64,000 nucleotides of DNA from Nageia nagi (GCA_050084985.1 JBITNC010000002.1:24242001-24306000); one strand, 5' to 3'; counted from the first letter of the stretch, positions 1 through 13,799 are shown. Notes: generated by a model not told the origin, from the letters alone. A program made the numbers and translations.

Positions 1-1921
1 TAAGGTTAAAGATGTTTCTATTTTAATCCTATTTCTAAATTTATACTTTTTTCTATTTTTATTCTCTTAATGCTTTAAGGTATCTAAAGATACTTTAAGA
101 ATTAAGTGAATTTACATTTAAAGAGAAATATAATACAATGTTACATTATAAATTCTAATAGTTGTAACAATATTTGTAATAAACAAGAAACAAATGGAAG
201 ACCCACAATGTTGGCAATTTAGGATTTGGGCTTGGTGGAGGTTGAATGGATGTGAGCCCTCTCTTCCATAAATTATGACATGCACTCTTCGCATTGGAAT
301 ATTCTAGGAAGAGCCCTCTCCCAAGTGCAATGGAAGTGCCCTCCCTAGGCCATCGATCTTATTGATCACCCATTAACCTCACCCAGGTAAGTATACTTTC
401 ATGCTTCTCCTCCCCTCACATTTATCCTCTCTCCTTTTTCCCCCTTCCTTGGCACTCTTGCATGTGGGATCATCATGCAACCTTATGTTCAATGTAATTT
501 GTAGCTACCTAATAGATTCTTCAATGGTGCCATCCCATTTAAGCTCATATTGAGTTTATGATATAATAGCTTTAACAAAATTTGCACTAAATTGTGTCTT
601 ATACTATAAGTTGATCCAAAAATTCTTACCAAACCATGAAACTTTGCAGATGGATGAAATACAGAAATCACTTTTCTATCTCATTTTGTTATAGTGTATT
701 ATATTAATTAGCTTGATTTCATTTATTAATCAATTTAAATAGTAAATACCATACATTCCTTTTATAATATAGAAATAAAACCTTCATTGTATTATAATAT
801 ATAAATTTTTTCTAATAATTTAAATAAATAATAAAATATTATACATCTTTTTAATTATGTTTACAAAATTTTGTATATGATTCAGATGTCAACAAAATTG
901 TGTGTGTATATATATATGGAGGATAAACCTTAAGCATCAATGCTTCATTATAAATGGTAACTTAGAATCATTCATATTATTTTGAGGATAGAGAGTATTG
1001 CTAACATATAAATAAGTTTTTTTTTGGTTAATTCAAGTTGTTGTAGGCTATCCTAGATTCAAAGGTATATACAAGTATAATATAGTACCTCAACTAGATA
1101 AGGAACATGTGTAGGAAATGAATTATATTAGAATCCTATATTGAGTTTCTCCCTAGAGAATAATTAATCATCTACATACATGTTATTTTTAGCACATATA
1201 GTAATATAGATTTTAAAAAGATCTAGAATCCATTGTATGTTTAGTATTTATGTGTAATCATATTGTAATATGTATATTTAGGTTGAGATAGTTAATATGA
1301 AAATTACAATTAAGTAACTATATCAATAAAAAAAATTTATAAAAGTTTAAATCATATGAATAATATAATATTTCTATGTTATAACATTTGATGGTTGATT
1401 ACAAGTAGTACTTTTATTTTTCTTTATGCATATCTCACTACTAATATCATGGGAAAATGATGACAACTAAGAAATATTATATAATTGACATAGTTACTAC
1501 CTCCTTAAACTGATATATTCATCAAAGAATTGATATTTATTTCACATATCTCACATAATTACAAGGTTGTCATTATTTAATTGCTAATATCCCTGCATAT
1601 AATTCTATTCAAGGGTGTAAATGAATAACGGATGATTTGTTATAATATGGAAATATTTGAATATATTCTAATAAATTAATTGTATTCATCCTATTTTTAT
1701 ATGGTCATATTAATCATCTTGTTTATTATACTATTATATTGTAATATTTATTTTTAATAATAATCTATCTTCTATACTAGATAAGTAACATTATTGTCAT
1801 ACATTATATTTTTATATCTTAATTATACTTCAAAATATATTACAAACCATATTAATAAATATAGATATGGAGTTTAAACTTATTAAATATAAAAATTTAT
1901 TATCAAAAGAAGTAAGTTATC

Positions 1922-2162
1922 AAAACAAATATCTTTTGAGAACTTCATATCTTTATATAAAAAAAGTTAAATTATGTGTTATGAATATTATGGATAAGTA
2001 AAACTAAAATATTTGAATGTATTCATTGAAAACTTTGTACATACATTATGAAAACAAATATCTTTTGAGAACTTCATAACTTTCTATCAACAAGAGTTAA
2101 ATTATGTGTTATGAATATTATGGATAAGTAAAACTAAAATATTTGAATGTCTTCATTGAAAA
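1922..2162. repeat. Direct duplication of ~110 bp (1922-2032 / 2051-2162)
   Basis: aaaacaaatatcttttgagaacttcata...atttgaatgt(a/c)ttcattgaaa occurs twice, nearly identical. Confidence 0.85.
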
Positions 2163-4756
2163 AATTTCTTTATTAAGAATTGTATTAAGAGATTATTTGA
2201 ATTCCATAATTCATTAGTTTATATTTAAATCTTATTGTAGATATTTTTGTAGCTTATTCTATTATAATTACAAAATAATCACCAAAGCATTCTAAAAAGT
2301 ATTAATAATTATATAGACTAAAAAATCAAATATTTTATAATGAAATATATCAATTAGAATATTTAATTACCTAGATAATTATAATAACTTAACATAGCAC
2401 TTTATGATTATATTTTAATGCATGTTTTAGTTTTATTGTTAGTTTGATAAAACTAGTATGACTTTTATACATTTTTCATTCTCATATCAAATTATACTTG
2501 AAGAAATGTAATGTTATATTCTTACACAATCCTCTAAATTTTGCAACTCATAATGATTGAGGGAGCAATCTATCGTATTTTATTGGCATAGATGATGCAA
2601 CATATTTATGGTTTTTAATACATTTCAATAGTTATAATATAATTTCTATCCACTATGACATTATGTGGATTGTCCTTATGCATTGTTAAGAGGATATATC
2701 ATATGTGGATACTTTATTTTATTATTATATTTTCTACTAATATGATTACAAATTACTAAAGTAATATAATATGCAAATACCATATTATCAAAGTGAATAG
2801 ATGAAAATTTCATATTCTTATGTAATAGTTGAAATTCATAATATTATAATGAACTTTCATTTCATAAATATTTAAATATGCATTTGTTTACTATAAATTT
2901 TATTTATGATTTAAAAAATAAATACTTATATGTAATCTTTAAAAACTAATGAATATAAATTATTTATCAATTTTTCAAGATCCTATAAATTCTTTTTATG
3001 TATAATCTTAACAATTTACATGCTAATAAAATAAATAATAATAATTTAAAAAAACTAAAATAATAATAATAATAATAATAATGTAAGCAGAATAATCTAT
3101 AATTAATTGTGAAAAATTATATTGATTTGTAGAGACATTTTGAAAAGAAAATAAAAAAGTATATCGATATGCAAATATCAATATTTTTTTTTACTTTCAA
3201 AAGTATTAAAGAATAATGATTATTGTCAAGTTATAAGTTAATAGTTATAATAGTAAAATATAAGTATGTAGTATTAGTAAAAATATTTTATCAAACATAA
3301 TAATTCTAAATTGACTAAAATGATTATGAAAATAAATATTTATTGTAAATATAATTTTCTTATAATCATAAGATATTAACTATGTGTTTGCACCTATAGG
3401 AATTGTAATCTAATAAAATATTTTTATATTTTTCACAAGAAAGAATATTACATTCAATCAAATAAAAGTTAAAGTAAATAATAAGATAAATGTTGAACTA
3501 CACTTTTTTAGATATATCATTAGAAAAAAAGGACAAAAAAAATAACATCCATATAAGAAATATTAAAATTCAAATGAAAAATGTTATATTCAATCAAGTA
3601 AAAAATATTATATACAATAATTACAAATGAAATTAAATAATAATATACTAACTGAAAGTATTCAATAAAAATAAGTTCATATCTATTTCAAAGTATGATA
3701 TTAAACTATCATTTAAAAAAAAAAAAAGATCATATTTATAATTAATAGCACATGTTATTATGGTAAAATTATTTTTAATATTATTTAATTCATTAAATAT
3801 TTGTTATAATTTTTTTATATTAGATAAGATGTCTTATTTATCAATTAAATGATTAGTTAAAACATATAGTATGATAATATATGATAGCACACATGGCCAT
3901 GTAAAAAAAAAAAATCCACAAAAATTAAAAATTAAATCCAAAAGCTAAAAACTATTTCATGGTCAACCCATCGATTTTAAAATGAGCTTCCAAAGCTCAA
4001 AGGAGGATGTCTATTGTATAAAAATTTCAATCATCAGCTACACATGACTTATGGTGGTTATTTCACATATAAAGGAGGATATATTTCCCATAAAATACTA
4101 TCAAATATTTATCTTAATATTTGGTGCATCCTAAAAGTTTAGGTGCCTTTTGATCCTGCCTATTGAGATTTGACATTTGTTTATCATATGACCTATTTTT
4201 CATTTCATATTTACAATTATATACTAGACTTGGCTTGTTATTACTACTACTACTCTTGATTTGAATTACAAGGGCTAACTCTATAGGAGTTGGAGTGCCA
4301 ACACTCATGTGCATTGGTCATGAGTGCCAACACTCTTGAACTAAATTGATCATTTCACTAAAGGCTCACATTCTTGGTCATATAACTTTGATAAGCCTAA
4401 GTCTATGCATATGATCTATTCATCCAGATAAGTGATAAGTTTATTTATTAAATCTCATCTCTCATAGGTTCATAAAGGTTTTATCCAATAACCTAGGGCA
4501 TCATCATTATTTTCTTATATTAGGTTATTATTAGTCACTACAAGTTCACACAAGCTATAAGGCTACATAATAATCTTCTTCAATACAATAGAAGTATATT
4601 TATTGATTAAAATCATTTATTATTTATTTAGGTTAATTTTAAACATGTACATGTGTCTATAGCTAGACATCAAGTGAAGGAGTCCAAAAATTTATGAATA
4701 TTATTTAATACATGCATAGCCTCATTGAGATGGCCCTATTTATGGAGTGCAGTGAT

Positions 4757-5023
4757 TTCTAGGATCCACTATATAAAAATAAAGTAAATCAATTGAACCT
4801 CTATTGGTTTGTAAAATAATTTAGTAAACAAACAAGTAATAAAATCATTCACACAAGAGATGAGATAAGTTTTAATGTAGTTCACCTAGTGTAGGTTACA
4901 TCCATAAAGAAGTTTTTAGTCCTTTATTGCAATCAGCTCCAACCAACCAAGAGATACAATGAACAACTCTATGTTCTAACATTCTCTTTTGTTTACAAGG
5001 AATCCTCTCAATACCAAACTTAA

Positions 5024-5054
<31 letters not shown>

Positions 5055-5512
5055 CTCAAACACTATTGATGACATACTTAATTACAATGTAATGGATTTA
5101 TAATAAAACATTACAATCTTATTTATAAGCCTAACTAGAGTAGAAATATAAGCAATAAATCCACTATTAAAAAGGTAATATTAGTTTCAAAATAGAACAA
5201 AGCAAAAGTGAGTTTATATGCTCAAAATGGAGCATTAGCATGTCTAAATCATGATCAACCTACATCATACTGATCCCAATTTACTAATCAACTCCCTTAG
5301 GTATGGTTACCTCTGTAATAGAAAATACAACCAATTTTACTTCCTACATGAAAAATCAATTAATCAGGTCTATAATACGATCATTTGATTGACTATGTTG
5401 ATTGGCCTCTATCCAATTGATTGGCCCTACACATCATACCTATACATGTTGATTGGGAAATAAAGAGCAAAAATATTCCACTTAGCCAATGAATTAGGCT
5501 TCATTCCTAACA
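4757..5512 (-). repeat. 3' LTR of Copia-1
   Basis: Colinear with 12861-13597; + strand end tcctaaca; adjacent PPT. Confidence 0.9.
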
Positions 5513-5526
5513 ATATCCCACTTGGA
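5513..5526 (-). other. Polypurine tract of Copia-1
   Basis: rc TCCAAGTGGGATAT immediately before the 3' LTR; near-identical to the Copia-2 PPT at 26415-26428. Confidence 0.8.
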
Positions 5527-5589
5527 TATTAATCCCATTATAACACACTAAAATAAGGTACTAAAAAACTTTTCATCATGATATCTTAT

Positions 5590-7741
5590 TCCATAAGGCT
5601 AACCGAATTTGAGCAATAGTTGAACTTATCCCTTGTTATAACTTTTATAAACATATCATCAAGATTTTAGCATGTATGTGTTTTTACCCAACTTCAAAGA
5701 TCCATCCTCCATTACTGAATATATGGATTGATATCTAATTTTTATATGTTTGGTTCTTGAATGAAAGGCTAAGTTCTTAGCAAGGTGAACAACACATTGA
5801 CTATCTGCACTCCATAATATATCATCTTCTTGATCCTTACCCATTTCCTTCAATAATATTTGCAACCAAATCATGTCCTTGCTATATTTAGTAACAATAA
5901 CATACTTTGCTTCAATGGTTGAAAGGGAAACTACTTATTATTGTTTAAATATCTAACTAACTATTTCTCCTCCTATGGTAAATACATATCTCATAGTGCT
6001 CCTTCCACCATCAAGATAACCTACCATATCTAAGTCAACATATCCTTGTAAGAAACTTTTAAAACCTCCAAAATTCAAAGAGTAATTAGAAGTACCTCTC
6101 AAATACATGAGAATCCATTTATTTGCTTCCCATTGAGCCTTTCCTAGATTGTTTATAAATCTTCTTACAACTCCTACTTCTTGTGCTATGTCTAATATTG
6201 TGTAAACCATGGAATACATAAAACTCCCAATTGTTGAAGAATGAGAAACCATAGAAATGTACTCTTATTCCTTTTGTTTCTTTAGAAAAAAATCTTTAGT
6301 GTGTTTGAAGTGCTTTTCCAAATGGGTAGTAACCTCCTTTGTATCCTTAATGTTGAACTACTTAATAACCTTCTCAATGTAATCTTCTTGAGATAATTGT
6401 AGCATATGGTTATTCTTTTTTATTTTGATACTCATACCAATATTGTTTTTTCCTCACCTAAATCCTTCATGGAAAAAGTATTTACCAACTTATCCTTTAA
6501 CTCAATAATGTCTTCCATGCATGAATCTACAACCAACATGTCATCCACCTACAAAAGTAAGATAGCATAGATTCCATTGTTATTCTTCTTGAAATAAATA
6601 CAATGATAAGATTAACACCTCATAAACCTTTGGCTACCCATAAAATGATCAAAATTAAAATACCATTATCTTAGAGCTTGTTTAAGATCATAAAAGTTCT
6701 TTTTCAATCCATACACACAATCCTCCTTATCCTTGACCTCAAAAACTTTCAATTGGTGCATGTAAATATCTTCCTTTAAATCCCCATGAAGGAAAGCAAT
6801 CTTAATATCTAATTTTTCAATAAATATATTCTCTATAGATAACATACTCAAAATAGTTCTTATGGAGATCATTTTAACAATTACTAAAAATATCTCATAA
6901 ATTCTATACCTTTATTTTGAAAAAACCCTTGACTACAAGACTTACTTTGTATCTCTTTTTTCCTCTCATATCATCCTTCAACTTGTACACCCACTTATTA
7001 TTTAAATCCTTTTTACCTTTGGGTAGCTAAACCAAATCCCAAGTTTTTTGTGAAGAAGAGACTCCATCTATTCATTCATAACAAGCTCCCACTTATTATG
7101 TGTACTCATATGCAAAGCTTCATTATAATATTTTGTTTCAACATAATAATAATTATATAGGAAAAGATAAAGAGAGGGGGAAAATCTCTTAGGTGGTTTA
7201 CTTACTCTTGTGGATCTCCTAACAATAAGTGGTGGAGTTTGGGGTTATTATTTTTGAATTCCATCTTGAACCTTGGGTTCACTTTCCTTACCAATACCAT
7301 CAAGTGCAATACTTGAGATCTTCTTCCTTATCCTGCAATTTATCCTTATATAGGAATTTTTTATTGAATATAACATCTTGACTCTTGGTGATTTTTTATT
7401 ATTATTATTTCATAATCTATATCCCAAACCATCAACTCCATATCCAATAAAATAACACTTTTGATATTTGGCATCTAATTTATTTCTATTCTCCTTATCA
7501 ATATGCACGAAATCCTCACAACTAAATACCTTAAGGAAGGAGGATTTTAACATTTTACTTATCTACAACTCTTCTAGAATATCTTCATTAAAATAATTAT
7601 TAGGCTCCTTGTTTATCAAATACACAACAATATTAGCCCACATAAATAAAGGTAAGCCTACATGCAACCTCATGCATCTTTCACATTCCAAGATTGTTCC
7701 ATTCATCCTTTCTAAGATCCCAATTTCTTGATGTCTCCTTA
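5590..7741 (-). pseudogene. Copia-1 pol: integrase C-half, reverse transcriptase, RNase H (frameshifts and stops)
   Basis: ERMNGTILE..RCMRLHVGLP, LDIKIAFLHGDLKEDIYM, LL*VDDML, AFHSRTKHIKIRY. Confidence 0.92.
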
Positions 7742-8159
7742 TAGTACAAGAAAAATAGGCTTTACGAATGGTTGATTTATGTTGGTTCTCTAACAATTCT
7801 TTTTAACCACCATTTTATCTAGGTATATAAAGCATTTTTTTAAGTGATGTTAGACTATCATTGTGTATGAGTATCTAAGGTAATTTTTATGATAATAACT
7901 AACCATCCTAATATGTGATATAATTATGGTTAAAATGCATCATAAAATTTAACTTCCTTAAAATAATAAAAACATTTGGGTGAGCATGTTGCAAAATTTG
8001 GTAACCCCCCCCCCACTCCCTCCCCAAAATTTCACAAAGTGTCACTCTTCCTCACTCTCACTCCCACTCCCATTCTCAGGTGATAAACTCCTCTTCCATT
8101 AGGTGATACAGGATGTAACTACAAGTCATCACCATTAGCTATAAACTAGTGAAGGTACA

Positions 8160-9835
8160 AAGCCAACATGAACATGAAGATCATTTGGCATTCTATTTAT
8201 TATTCTTTTTCTATAAATGCCGAACATGATTAGGAAGGTCAACCATATGTGTATTGTGTAATTTCATTCATTATGACTTATGAATTGATAGAAAACACAA
8301 CAAATACATGAAAAAGAGGGAAATGAATACGAGAAGCACAAGGCAAATGGCTCCATTACCATTGCCTACCAACTAGTCAAGTTATGAAGCAAACAACTCC
8401 ACATTACAACAATAGGGTTTATCAACATGCTATTAATAAAGCCTTTTGCTTCATATAAATGTACAACATGACCAAGAATCTTTACCATATATGTATATAG
8501 TGTTGCATTATGGTTCATGTAAGTATTGATAAGTCTCTACACGTATAATTTAGGTTTTATGTGCATCTTGAAAATGATAGCCTGCATGACCAAGAAGGTC
8601 AACAATGCATGTATACTTATTCATCCTAGGAATAATGCAATAAAAATCACCCATGATATTAAACTATTTATGACCCTCATCCACTAGAACTACATGGCTA
8701 AATGCAAGTAGAACACATACAAGGTTATGATGCATGGTTGGTTTCCAAGTGCTTCATTAGATCAAAGAATTAAGGGCATCCTTGTTGTAGTCATGAATTA
8801 CATATCCTCTAATCATTGCAGTCCATGAAATTGTATATACATTATGCATCTTGTAAAATAGTTCCCAATCCTTGTGCATTATTTTATATTTTTTATACAT
8901 ATCTATTAAATAATTCATAATGATAATCTTTAATAAAAAGCCATTTTCAAATACTCCATGATGTATCTTCATACCTTCTACAAGAGATCCCATGGTGTCA
9001 CTTGTTGGAAGAATGTTGGAAAAGGTTATAGAGTTTGGATTTACATCAACATTTGTATGTGGTTAGAAGTCTCTATACCTTTTTTAGAAAACCCATTTTT
9101 TGCATATCCCATGATCAATGTAATCCATGAGATTGCATCTTGATGAGGCATTTTGTAAAATAATTCATGGGCCCTTTGAATGTATCTATTTTGTGCATAT
9201 CCTACAATAATGCAATATATGAAACTATATCTCCATCATGCATCTTATCAAATAATTCTTGGGATTTGTGTATTCTTCCACATTTTGCATACATATCTAT
9301 TAGGGTGTTCATAACCAAAACATTCAATGAAAAGCCATTTTCAACTACTCTTTGATGGATGTTCATACCTTCTTTGAGATATCATGTGGTAGCACATGTT
9401 GTAAGGATGCTATCATTGGTTGTAGAGTTTGGATATACACTTGATATTTGCATCATCTTAAAAGTTTCTAGAGCTTTTTTAAAGAACCCATTTTGTGCAT
9501 ATCCTAGGATCATTGCAATCTATGAGATTACATCTTGATGAGGGCTTTTGCCAAATAATTCATAGGCCCTTTCAACATATTTGTTTTGTGTATATGCATA
9601 AGTTTTTTAGATTTTGTACTCTTTATTTACTTAATTTCTAAAATAAATCATTTGCTAGAAAAATCTTCATTACATTTCCACAACAAAAATACTTTATCCA
9701 ATCACCAATATTCACCAGATGAACACAATCCATCCTTGAGGTGGTGAAAATGGTTGGCATTCTTTTCAAAAAATTCTTATACAACTATTCCTTGCATATC
9801 CTAGAATCATTTTAATCCATGGAATTGTTCCCTTT
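8160..9835 (-). pseudogene. PLS-class pentatricopeptide repeat (PPR) gene fragments
   Basis: GYAQNGF, NTLIDMYAKCGRIHKSQELFDKM, ISWTAMIRGY, VLLAFSHVVLVDEG, YTCIVDLLGHAG, FINSMLINPIVVMWSCLL. Confidence 0.9.
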
Positions 9836-10309
9836 CATTTTAAAATTTTGCTTACATGGAGCAAAAAGAATAAGTGTTTTGGATTTTGTATTGTTCAATT
9901 ACTAGTTTAGGGCTTCTAGAAAATAGTTTGTATGTACCTAAGCAAGTTGTAAATGTTATCTAGGCATTGCATCCCATGCCTAAAGTGTTCATGTTTGACA
10001 TTATAAAAAATTCATGTAAGTATTTTTGGACAAAGTGAGAATATATCACATGGCTCTAAATGCTAAAAATAAGAAAAATGAGGCATATCTTCCCCATGGT
10101 CATTTTTTTGCATAGATTATTACTTATCTTATTAGGTTTTTATTTATTGTATAGCTATGAAGCACTTGGTTTATGTATAATCCTATGAGAAAAATATAAG
10201 AGAGGAGAAACAAAGTTGCAAGCTTCAAAAAATAAATCTGATTTTTGGTTATTATTACAATTGCATCAAGTTTTATCGAAATGCTATTTCTTTTATGTAT
10301 TTTTGATGA

Positions 10310-10515
10310 TGTATTATGAAAATAATCATTCATGGATTTGAATTATTCATAGCCCTATTTACTACATGGAGATAATACACTAATAAATATAACATCATTT
10401 GGATTAGTACCCACATATTCCATTTGTTCAAATAATTTGATGGATTCTTTGTTCAATAGTATAATGATGGCTTCCTTGTTACAAACATTCCTTGCATATC
10501 ATGCTATTTACCAAA
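10310..10515 (-). pseudogene. Additional PLS PPR fragment (P2/L2 motif)
   Basis: KESIKLFEQMEYVGTNPNDVIFISVLSPCS...FKSM on minus strand. Confidence 0.75.
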
Positions 10516-11085
10516 TGAAACACACTTGCCTTCTTAATGCTTCCATATGTTGAATGCATGTTTATTAGGGTTGTTATCATAATTGCATATAAAAAAAATC
10601 TTGCATGTAAAAGAAACCAACAATTAAACTAGATATGGGTTTCTTTCACATATGGGTGTCTATCATGGTTTATATCATAATTGCATGCAAAAGAAACCTA
10701 CAATTGCATGCAAAAGATACCAGTCATTGCATTTTTTGAAAGCATGTTTTATATTTTTTTGAAATTATAATCGTAAGAGGGTGGTTTATGAAAACCCTAT
10801 TATTCTATATGACGATGATTTACTACTGCCATTTAATACCATATTTTTTCTATAATAAATTGTAATATATAATGATAATTTTTGACCATCCTACTATATA
10901 ATCATACTATGATTCAAAACATATCATTGTATAAACAATGAAGGTAGTTTATTGAGGCAGTTTTAAACCATCGTATTTTGTTTCAATTTTTTATAATGCC
11001 TTCATATATGGTGCTCAAAAAACCACTGTTAAAGGACTATCACTATGGTTTAGAACTTCCTTTGACACCCAATTTTGGTGTAGTG

Positions 11086-12775
11086 TTAGAACTACCTTTA
11101 CCCTTCTTATTTTGTTGTGTGCATAATAGTCATCAAACTCCTTGTTACAATATTCTACATCATTATCTAACTTGAGATATTTCAACCTTTTACCTATTTC
11201 ATTATCAACCAATATTTTCTAATTCTAAAAAGTATTAAATACATTAAATTTGTTATTAATATAATAAACCCAGGTTTTCCTTGTAGCATCATCAATGAAT
11301 GTGACCTAATAAGATAATCCATCAAAGGATTCTACTTGTGTAGAACCCTACACATCCAAGTGAACTAAATCAAACTTATCTTTATTCTTTTCCAATCCAA
11401 CCTTGAGGAATCGCAACCTCTTATGCTTGCCAAAAATACAATTCTCAAAAATCCCTAAGTTAAATATCTTACAATTTAGACAAAAACTTTCTTGAATGTA
11501 GAATTTTCATACCTTACTCACTCATCTAGCCATGTCTTTGGTGCCACAAAGTTGCATCTTCACCTATGGAAATTGAATTCAAGGAGTAGTTAAATGTACT
11601 AGTAAGTAAATATAAAGTACCTACCATTATACCTCTAGTTACCACCATTGAACCTCTTATAACTTTCCATGAAGAGTTTTTGAATGCAACTATATAACCC
11701 TCCTTGTCAAGCTTTATTATCGATATGAGATTTCTCTTTAAATTCAAAATATATTTAGGTTCCTTTAGAACCCATGGGGTTATATTTGACACTTTTATCT
11801 TAATTGTACCGATGCCCATAATATTACATGGTTTATCATTACCCAAAAGTGCATGTTCATAATAACCTAGAATATAATCTATAAAGTATTCCTTGTGAGA
11901 GGTTGCATGGAAGGAAGCACTATAATCAATAATCCAATAATCATTATTTATATTACGAGATAAAATAAGAGCATATTATAGAATTTCATTAGAATTATTG
12001 ACTTCTTAATTATTACCTTTGTTTTCATTGAACCTTCATTTCTATCACCTTTTCTTGATCAACAATCCTTCTTGAGATAGTCTTTCTTCCCACAAAATTA
12101 ATACTATAAATTTACTTTACTTCTGGATTTGGATTTTCCTTTTTGTTGACTCTTACCTCTATCCTTTGATCTTCCTCCACTTTCAACCATAAGAGTTGTG
12201 CTTCAACTATTTTTCGTAAACTTTCTTCTCTTTTACTCACTAAGAATAGTACCAACCACTTCATCAAATATCATTGTAGTATTTGAGGAAAAATTACTTA
12301 CCACCATGAATAGGCTATTCTAACTATTTGATATTGAACAAAAGATTAATAGTTCTTTAATCTCATCAACAAATTCAATCTTAACTAATAATAATTAGTT
12401 AGTAACAATATTGAATTCATTCACATAATTTAGAATAGAACCTCCTTTATTCATTTTCATACTAAATAAAATTTTCATTAAGTATACTCTATTTGAGATG
12501 GATGGTTTTTCATACATTTTGGCTAATTTTTTCAGAACCCCTTTGGTGTTTTTCTCCATGATATGTAGAAAGATACTGATGAACCTAGGCACAAGATCAT
12601 GATACCCAACACCTTTTTGTTAAGTGAACTAGCCCACACTTCATTGGGCGTAGTTGAATGTTTCTTTGCTACTTTCTCAAGAGGTAAGTATAATTCCTTT
12701 TGGTATAGGTAATATTCCATTTGCATCTTCCATAATTGGAAATTTTGACCATCAAACTTCTCTATCATTGCCTCC
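11086..12775 (-). pseudogene. Copia-1 gag, zinc knuckle, protease, GAG-pre-integrase and integrase N-half
   Basis: IEKFDGQNFQLWKMQMEYYL, LAKMYEKPS, ASFHAT, LWHQRHG, GKRLKYLKLDNDVEYC. Confidence 0.9.
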
Positions 12776-12846
12776 CTTATTCTGACATTGTTCCCACTTG
12801 ATCTAGAATTCAATCGATCTTTCAAGTGCCTAATTACAAAACTAAA

Positions 12847-12858
12847 TATTTGATACCA
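12847..12858 (-). other. Primer binding site (tRNA-iMet) of Copia-1
   Basis: rc TGGTATCAAATA (decayed TGGTATCAGAGC) 2 bp from the 5' LTR. Confidence 0.82.
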
Positions 12859-12860
12859 CT

Positions 12861-13597
12861 TGTTAGGATTGACTATATAAAAATAAAGTAGAGTGATTAA
12901 ACCTCTATTGGTTTGTAAAAGAATTTTAGTAGACAAATAAGTAATAAAATTATTTACAAAAGAGATGAGATAAGTTTTAATGCGGTTCACCCAATGTATG
13001 CTACATCCATAAAGAAGTTTTCAATATTTTATTACAATTAGCTCTAACTAACTAATAGATATAACTAACAACTTTCTATTGTAACCTTCTCTTTGGTTTA
13101 TAAGGAATATTTCAATATGAAACTCAATTTCTCTTGCAAACACTATTGATCTAATACTTAATTACAATGTAATTCATGTACTTATAATAAACCATTACTA
13201 TCCTATTTTGACTAAGCCTATCTGGAGTAGAAATCTATGCAATAAATTCACCATCAAAAGGGAAACATCAGTTCCAAAAAATGGAATAAAGCAAGAGTGA
13301 GTTTACATGCTTAAAATAGAGCTACATCTTTGGATCATGATTAGCCTACATTAGATTGATCTTGATTTATTGATCAGATTCCTTAAATCTAGTTGCTTAT
13401 GAATATAAAATACAACCAATTTTACTTACCATAGGTTTGATTAATCGATCGAGTCTAGAATGTGATCGATCTACTAATTGTGCTGATCATCCTCCACTCG
13501 ATTGATTGGCCCTAAAAATTGAACCTTTATATGTTGATTGGGAAATAAAAAAAGAAAATCTTCCACATAGCTAATGAATTAGGCTCCATTCCTAACA
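12861..13597 (-). repeat. 5' LTR of Copia-1
   Basis: TGTTAGGA...TCCTAACA terminal inverted repeat; homologous to 4757-5512. Confidence 0.92.
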
Positions 13598-13799
13598 ATA
13601 ATGTGGTTAGAAGTGGGTAATGAAGAGGTGGCAGATAAAATTAGGCAACCATAACCAAGAAATATATAAAATTTAGTGGTGAATTTATTTAAAGTATCTA
13701 CTAGACCATTTTTAGTATATTGTAAAATAAAATGGTATATTAACATAATATAGAGAGGTGGTGTAGTACACATGCTAGTAAAAAAATATAATTTTTTTA

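Larger units (their letters stand above)
7742..11085. mobile_element. Non-autonomous CACTA (En/Spm) element carrying PPR fragments (Pack-CACTA)
   Basis: Left end TAGTACAAGAAAA (decayed CACTACAAGAAAA), right end TTTTGGTGTAGTG (rc CACTACACCAAAA); 3-bp TSD TTA at 7739-7741 and 11086-11088; decayed subterminal repeats (aaaccatcgta, gaccatcc, gactatca); removing it rejoins the copia integrase frame KVVL|RRHQEIG. Confidence 0.88.
4757..13597 (-). mobile_element. Full-length degenerate Ty1/copia LTR retrotransposon (Copia-1, Tnt1/Tork-like), interrupted by a CACTA insertion
   Basis: Paired LTRs, tRNA-iMet PBS, PPT, gag-PR-IN-RT-RH order on minus strand; flanks gtgat (4752-4756) / ataat (13598-13602) differ only by two G/A transitions, consistent with a decayed 5-bp TSD. 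Confidence 0.93.

Noticed and set aside
190-480. GC-richer patch with CAG|GTAAGT donor as a host exon
   Set aside because: No recognisable protein motif or partner exons; cannot be supported
8757-8993. Functional PPR gene
   Set aside because: Multiple stops and frameshifts, scrambled motif order, no targeting peptide or DYW domain seen
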